From Lama guanicoe (Eukaryota), in NCBI GenBank assembly GCA_013239625.1, contig MU053216.1, forward strand, positions 1,304,001 through 1,327,401: a stretch of DNA of 23,401 bases, in the 5' to 3' direction. This document shows positions 19,218 to 23,401 of the stretch, piece by piece. The position numbers and the translations under genes are program-made. Position 1 is the first letter of the stretch. The number at the start of each line of letters is the position of its first letter. Under the pieces are notes generated by a model that did no database searches, had not been told where the DNA came from, and saw nothing but the letters and a program-made list of their open reading frames with translations.

Positions 19218-19413
19218 GTACGGGATGGGGCGGCGTGGGGCGTGGGCCTCGGGGCCCCAGACACTCCCGGGGCTCCCTGCCTCCGGCCCTGCAGACCCTT
19301 TCCTGCCCAGGCTCCCCAGAGGCCCTGCCTGATCCCAGAGGGTGAGGGGGGAAGGGAGGCCGTCCCCTCCCACTTGCACGCCGTGGGGCCTCACCCCTCC
19401 ACTCCCTCCGCAG

Positions 19414-19465
19414 AGAATGGCTACGCCAGCACAGATGAGGAGGTTTCCGAGTTCTCTGAGGGGAG
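19414..19465 (+). CDS. KIF21B: KIF21B exon 23 (52 nt): NGYASTDEEVSEFSEG
   Basis: cgcag|AG and GAG|gtgagt. Confidence 0.95.
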
Positions 19466-19645
19466 GTGAGTTTCCGGGGCGGGAGTGAGTGGTGGGCTCG
19501 CAGCTGTGCGGGGGTCTGGGGCGAGGGGATGCTGTAGGGTCCCAGGGCTGGGGGCTCTCTGGGACTCACAAGTCCAAGTCCCAGGGAGCCAGGACGCTTG
19601 CTGCCAGCATCCTGACCGGTCACCCCAACCCTGTTTCCTCCTTAG

Positions 19646-19703
19646 CTTCTCCCAGTCGTTCACTATGAAAGGCTCTACCAGCCATGACGATTTCAAGTTC
19701 AAG
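19646..19703 (+). CDS. KIF21B: KIF21B exon 24 (58 nt): FSQSFTMKGSTSHDDFKFK
   Basis: cttag|C and AAG|gtaagc. Confidence 0.95.
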
Positions 19704-20407
19704 GTAAGCCCCACAGAAGGTGGGCAGAGGCCCCCCGCAGCCTGGTCTCTGCCTTCCTGTGGCTCTGCCCTCACCCCCAGCCCCAACCCAGGGTTGCCTC
19801 CAGCTGGGATGCAGGTGCCAAGAAGGGTCTAACCTGGCGCTGTGGTGCTGCCCAGACGTGTGACCTGTGACAGCCCAATCACTGTGAAGAGGGTGGAGTG
19901 ATGTCACCGTAGCCAGAGGCCCCACTTTCAGAAACCTCCCTCTTCCCCACCCTAGACTCTGCCTCCTGCTGAGTCAGAGGCTAACCCTAGATGTCTGGTA
20001 TCCTGCGTGCAGATAACTGATTCAACAGTGAGGGGGTCTGCCTGACGTGGAGGGAGGGGTTACAAGGCTAGACTGAACCAAGAAACGGTTTACTAAAGGG
20101 AGAAGGGGGAAGCCTGTGGACTGGGAACAGTGAATTGGGCACAGCTTCTGTGTAAACTGATCAGCTGGTGAAGCAGAGGCCAGCCAAGGCATACTGTTCA
20201 CAACGTGCAGATCAGGGTGAAGACCTTCCTGTTGGTTTGGACTCTGCAGGGGCCTGGAGAGACAGTCTAGGGGTGTCTGCCTGGCCCTTCCCTCAGCCCT
20301 TCTGCCTCGGGCAGGTGGCACGTCTCCCCCTGTGGGAAGTTCCCCAGCTCCCCCTTCTGTGTGGTCCTGTCCGGGCCAGTGGGCCCACTCAGCCCTTCCC
20401 GCCCCAG

Positions 20408-20613
20408 GGGGAGCCCACGCTGTCTGCCCAGATGAAGGCTGTGTCGGCCGAGTGCCTGGGCCCCCCGCTGGACGCCTCCACCAAGAACATCACCAAGTCC
20501 CTGGCCTCCCTGGTGGAGATCAAAGAGGACGGAGTGGGCTTCTCCGTCCGAGACCCCTACTACCGGGACAAGGTCTCGCGGACCATCAGCCTGCCCACCA
20601 GAGGGAGCACTTT
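20408..20613 (+). CDS. KIF21B: KIF21B exon 25 (206 nt): [10 protein letters not shown]...[12 protein letters not shown]
   Basis: cccag|GGG and TTT|gtaagg. Confidence 0.95.
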
Positions 20614-20696
20614 GTAAGGAGGGGGCCGAGCTGGGGGTGGGGCCTGCGGGGGGAGCCAGGAGGTGGGCCTGGGCCTCACTGGACCCTCCGTTCCAG

Positions 20697-20771
20697 CCCC
20701 CGGCAGTCTCGAGGCGCCGAGACGTCCCCGCTGACCCGGAGGAAGTCTTATGACCGAGGGCAGCCCATCAG
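20697..20771 (+). CDS. KIF21B: KIF21B exon 26 (75 nt): PRQSRGAETSPLTRRKSYDRGQPI
   Basis: tccag|C and CAG|gtgagg. Confidence 0.95.
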
Positions 20772-21914
20772 GTGAGGGCATGCTCCAGACCCTGTGGCAG
20801 GGTCGCTGCCCATCCAGTCCCGGGGGCGGGATGCCCGCTGTAGACCGCTGTGGACACTTTCATCTGGGCCCGCTCAGCTCCCCCATAGGCCCCTTCCCCA
20901 CTTTGTCAGCCACAGCTCAGGTCCCCCCTGAGCTGGGGACCAAGCCTGCTGCTGAAACCTGCTGACTGCTGGGAGCTCAGTGTGGGCAGCTTTGCTGCGG
21001 CCTGGACTGGCTGTTGGACCGATGTGCTTCTGCCCCAGTCATGGCTGCCGGTCCTTTCAGGGACTTGTCACGTGGGAGGAGTTAGAAGGGAAGGACAGCC
21101 AGGAGGTGACACAGAGCCGTGGCAGGTCCCCAGCCGGCCAGCCTCTCAGGGCCCCGTGGGCTTCTGCAGGTCTCCAGATGCCTCTCCAGCTCATCTAGAT
21201 CTTCAGAGCTGTCTGGTGGCCTCCCCGGGTCCCACAGAGAAGCAGGAGAAGGACAGGGCTCAGGTGCCCCCTTGCACCTGCCGTGGCGGCGGAGGACTTA
21301 CCCCGTCCCTCTCTCCTGTCTCCGAGCCCGGGCTCATGGCTTGCAGACGGGCCTCTGGTGGGAGGAGCCGAATGACCTCTGTGCACCTGGGGCCCCTCAG
21401 GCCACCGCGTCACCCTGGAGCACACTGAATTTGTGGTTGGGGGCGATTTAGTCTGAACTCACGATGGCTGTCCAGGGAAGGGGGGATTTGGCTGAACCTG
21501 AGGACAGCTGTGCCAGGAGAGGGGCCGCGGTAACGGACGGGGCAGGCCCATGCGGTCTGGGACTCCCCCGCCCCCACCGTCGGGTCCCGCTCTTGGCAGC
21601 ACTACGGTTCCTGAGTCACTGAGCACTGACTCGGTGGCCCTGAGCCACTAAGGCGGGACGGGGCTGGGCCTCTGAGCCGCAGCGTTCTCATCAGCCCATC
21701 ACGGGGGTTCTGTTCACGGCACCTTGTCTAAAAGGTGTCGTTAGTCCATGCACACTGGCCTCATGGCCAACAGCGCAAGGACTCACGCCTGAGCAAAGCT
21801 CCTCTCACGTGCACTTTCTCCAAAAATCATGCCCGGCTTCCCGGAGCTCAGGACACCACAGCCCTGCAGCACCATTTCAGCCTGACATCACCAACAAAGG
21901 GCACAAAAGTACAC

Positions 21915-22010
21915 CCAGCGCGGCGCTAAGCAGACTGTGGGAAAGCCGCGTGTGTGCGGCGGGCGGCGGGCGGCGCCCCTCTGGGCCTCCGCCGGAGCGC
22001 GTGCGCTTGG
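21915..22010. promoter_or_regulatory. CpG-dense intragenic element with NRF1-like, GC-box and RBPJ-like motifs
   Basis: Dense CpGs; GCGCGTGCGC at 21997-22006; GGGCGG repeats near 21958-21973; TGTGGGAA at 21936-21943. Confidence 0.4.
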
Positions 22011-22276
22011 GGACTCAAGTTTTCGCTGCTGTCCTCATGTCTGCAAACAACCAGGAAAGCCCTTGGCGCTGTTTTGGGGTGACTAGTAGGCTGTAGTGAG
22101 CAGGTGAATTCCCAGACCCACGGAGAAGGAGGACTGGCTGTGGAAAGCAGCCCCCGGGGGCTGGGCGGCAGCCGGGCTGAGGGAGAACCTGCCCCGCGTG
22201 CCAGACAGCGACACAGACGGCCGCGCAGAGGTGCGGGTGCTAACAGATGCTGCCCTGTGTCCCGCCCGCCTGCCAG

Positions 22277-22387
22277 GTCCACAGACGGGTTCACACCCCC
22301 CTCATCCCCTCCTACTCGGCCCCGCAACGACCGAAACGTCTTCTCTCGTCTCACCAGTAATCAGAGCCAAGGATCAGCACTGGACAA
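22277..22387 (+). CDS. KIF21B: KIF21B exon 27 (111 nt): [36 protein letters not shown]
   Basis: gccag|GTCC and CAA|gtaaga. Confidence 0.96.
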
Positions 22388-22834
22388 GTAAGAGTCAGGG
22401 GCCGGGGATGGGGCGGGGGCGCTGAGGGGACAGGGAGCCTGCGGGCCGGTCCTCACCGCAGGCAGGTGGGGCGGCGGGCAGACCCTGGCCTCGCTGTTCT
22501 GGACCCTCTTGCGGCACCTGTGCCCTTTCTGTGCTGAGCGAGGACCCTGCCATGCCCTGGGCATGCCGGGACCGCAGGAGAGGCAGGAGGGGAGCCCCAG
22601 GACTGGGGCCGGGCAGCTGGGGCAGGGGAGGCCATGCACGTCGGGCACCTCGAGGGCCTCCCAAAACTGCCTCTGAATCCTCCTGTGGACTCTTAATTCC
22701 TCTCCGAAGCCCCTTCAGCTTCAACTTGCCTTCTCACTAACGCTGCGACCAGGCCCCAGTGCCCTCGTGAACCGTCCCTGCAGGAGACCTTGTCCCCTCC
22801 ACATGGTGGGGCCAGCCCACCCCTCCTGACCCTC

Positions 22835-23020
22835 CCGCTGGGCACTCACCCACACACTGATGCGCGTCGCCCCCACGCTGCGCTGGGCTGGCACACGTGA
22901 ACTGCAAACCAGCCTCGAGGGTCGTATTCCGTGTTTTGCAAAGAGGAGCTGAGGCCCAGAGAGGCCCCAGGGTCCACCCAGAGGAGGCCCACCTGGGCCC
23001 AGACCAGAGCTCTGACTCGC
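22835..23020 (-). mobile_element. MIR SINE fragment, antisense
   Basis: tattccgtgttttgcaaagaggagctgaggcccagagagg matches the reverse-complement MIR core. Boundaries approximate. Confidence 0.65.
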
Positions 23021-23401
23021 GCCGGCTCCGGCCCTGACGGTGGGGCTCTGCCCGGGGGGGCCTGGCCCGCCGTGTGTTCCTTCCTGTGCGCCCCACACTG
23101 CTGGGGCCCCTGCCACTCCAGCTCTCTGCAGCCCAGGAGGCTCCCCTCAGCTCTAACGGCTTCTCAGTCCTTTTAGATGGGGGATGGTGCTGTCTTTTGG
23201 GGGAGCCCAGGCTGCAAAGTGCTGGTCGTTGGGCCTGGCGCCTGACGTCAGCCCCTCCCCTTGCTGGGTCAAAACGTTGCTCCTTCCACGAACCTGCCTT
23301 GAAGGAAGAGAGCACCAGGCCCCCCCACCAACCAGGCTGTCCGCCCACACCAGCCAGGCCCCCTACCCCAACCAGGGCCTCCCCCACACCAGGAGCCCCC
23401 C

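Larger units (their letters stand above)
3629..22387 (+). other. KIF21B: KIF21B (kinesin family member 21B, kinesin-4), partial gene covering exons 2-27; 5' and 3' ends lie outside the window
   Basis: 26 AG/GT-bounded exons with compatible phases splice to 3723 nt with no stop. The translation runs [26 protein letters not shown]...[18 protein letters not shown] and closely matches the recalled human KIF21B sequence. Confidence 0.98.

Noticed and set aside
22388..23401. Next KIF21B exon (recalled SDDSDSSLSEVLR, then WD40 exons)
   Set aside because: Not found in the last 1 kb. It most likely lies beyond the window, so loss cannot be inferred.
1..23401. CRISPR arrays, tRNA/rRNA genes, prokaryotic systems, U12 or other non-canonical introns, or a nested gene
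   Set aside because: This is spliced mammalian DNA. All 25 complete introns are GT-AG without the U12 GTATCCT donor, and I saw no repeat-spacer array, recognisable RNA gene or second coding signal.

Overview
This is GC-rich mammalian genomic DNA containing the internal part of the kinesin-4 gene KIF21B on the + strand. I reconstructed 26 consecutive coding exons (exons 2-27 by recalled human numbering, 3629-22387). All are bounded by canonical AG/GT sites, and they splice into one uninterrupted frame of 3723 nt (1240 complete codons plus a split codon at each end). They encode the motor domain (P-loop GQTGAGKT, switch I SSRSH, switch II DLAGSE), the coiled-coil stalk with its autoinhibitory regulatory coiled coil, and the Ser/Pro/Arg-rich linker. 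Exon 1 and the WD40 exons lie outside the window. The introns carry only ancient repeats (MIR, L2, L3/CR1, L1M, MER102, a hAT-type fragment), and I recognised no young lineage-specific SINE. Almost all ORFs in the supplied track are GC-richness artefacts or exon read-throughs. I found no evidence of a new biological system. The best leads are regulatory or splicing-level: a convergent CTCF motif pair in intron 15, a stop-free in-frame intron 19 inside the autoinhibitory coiled coil, a repeat-encoded proline-rich read-through after exon 14, a CpG-rich promoter-like island in intron 26, an RFX X-box in intron 1, a mirtron-like hairpin in intron 4, and in-frame deletions relative to human. Comparisons with human KIF21B and with repeat consensus sequences are from memory and need alignment to confirm.
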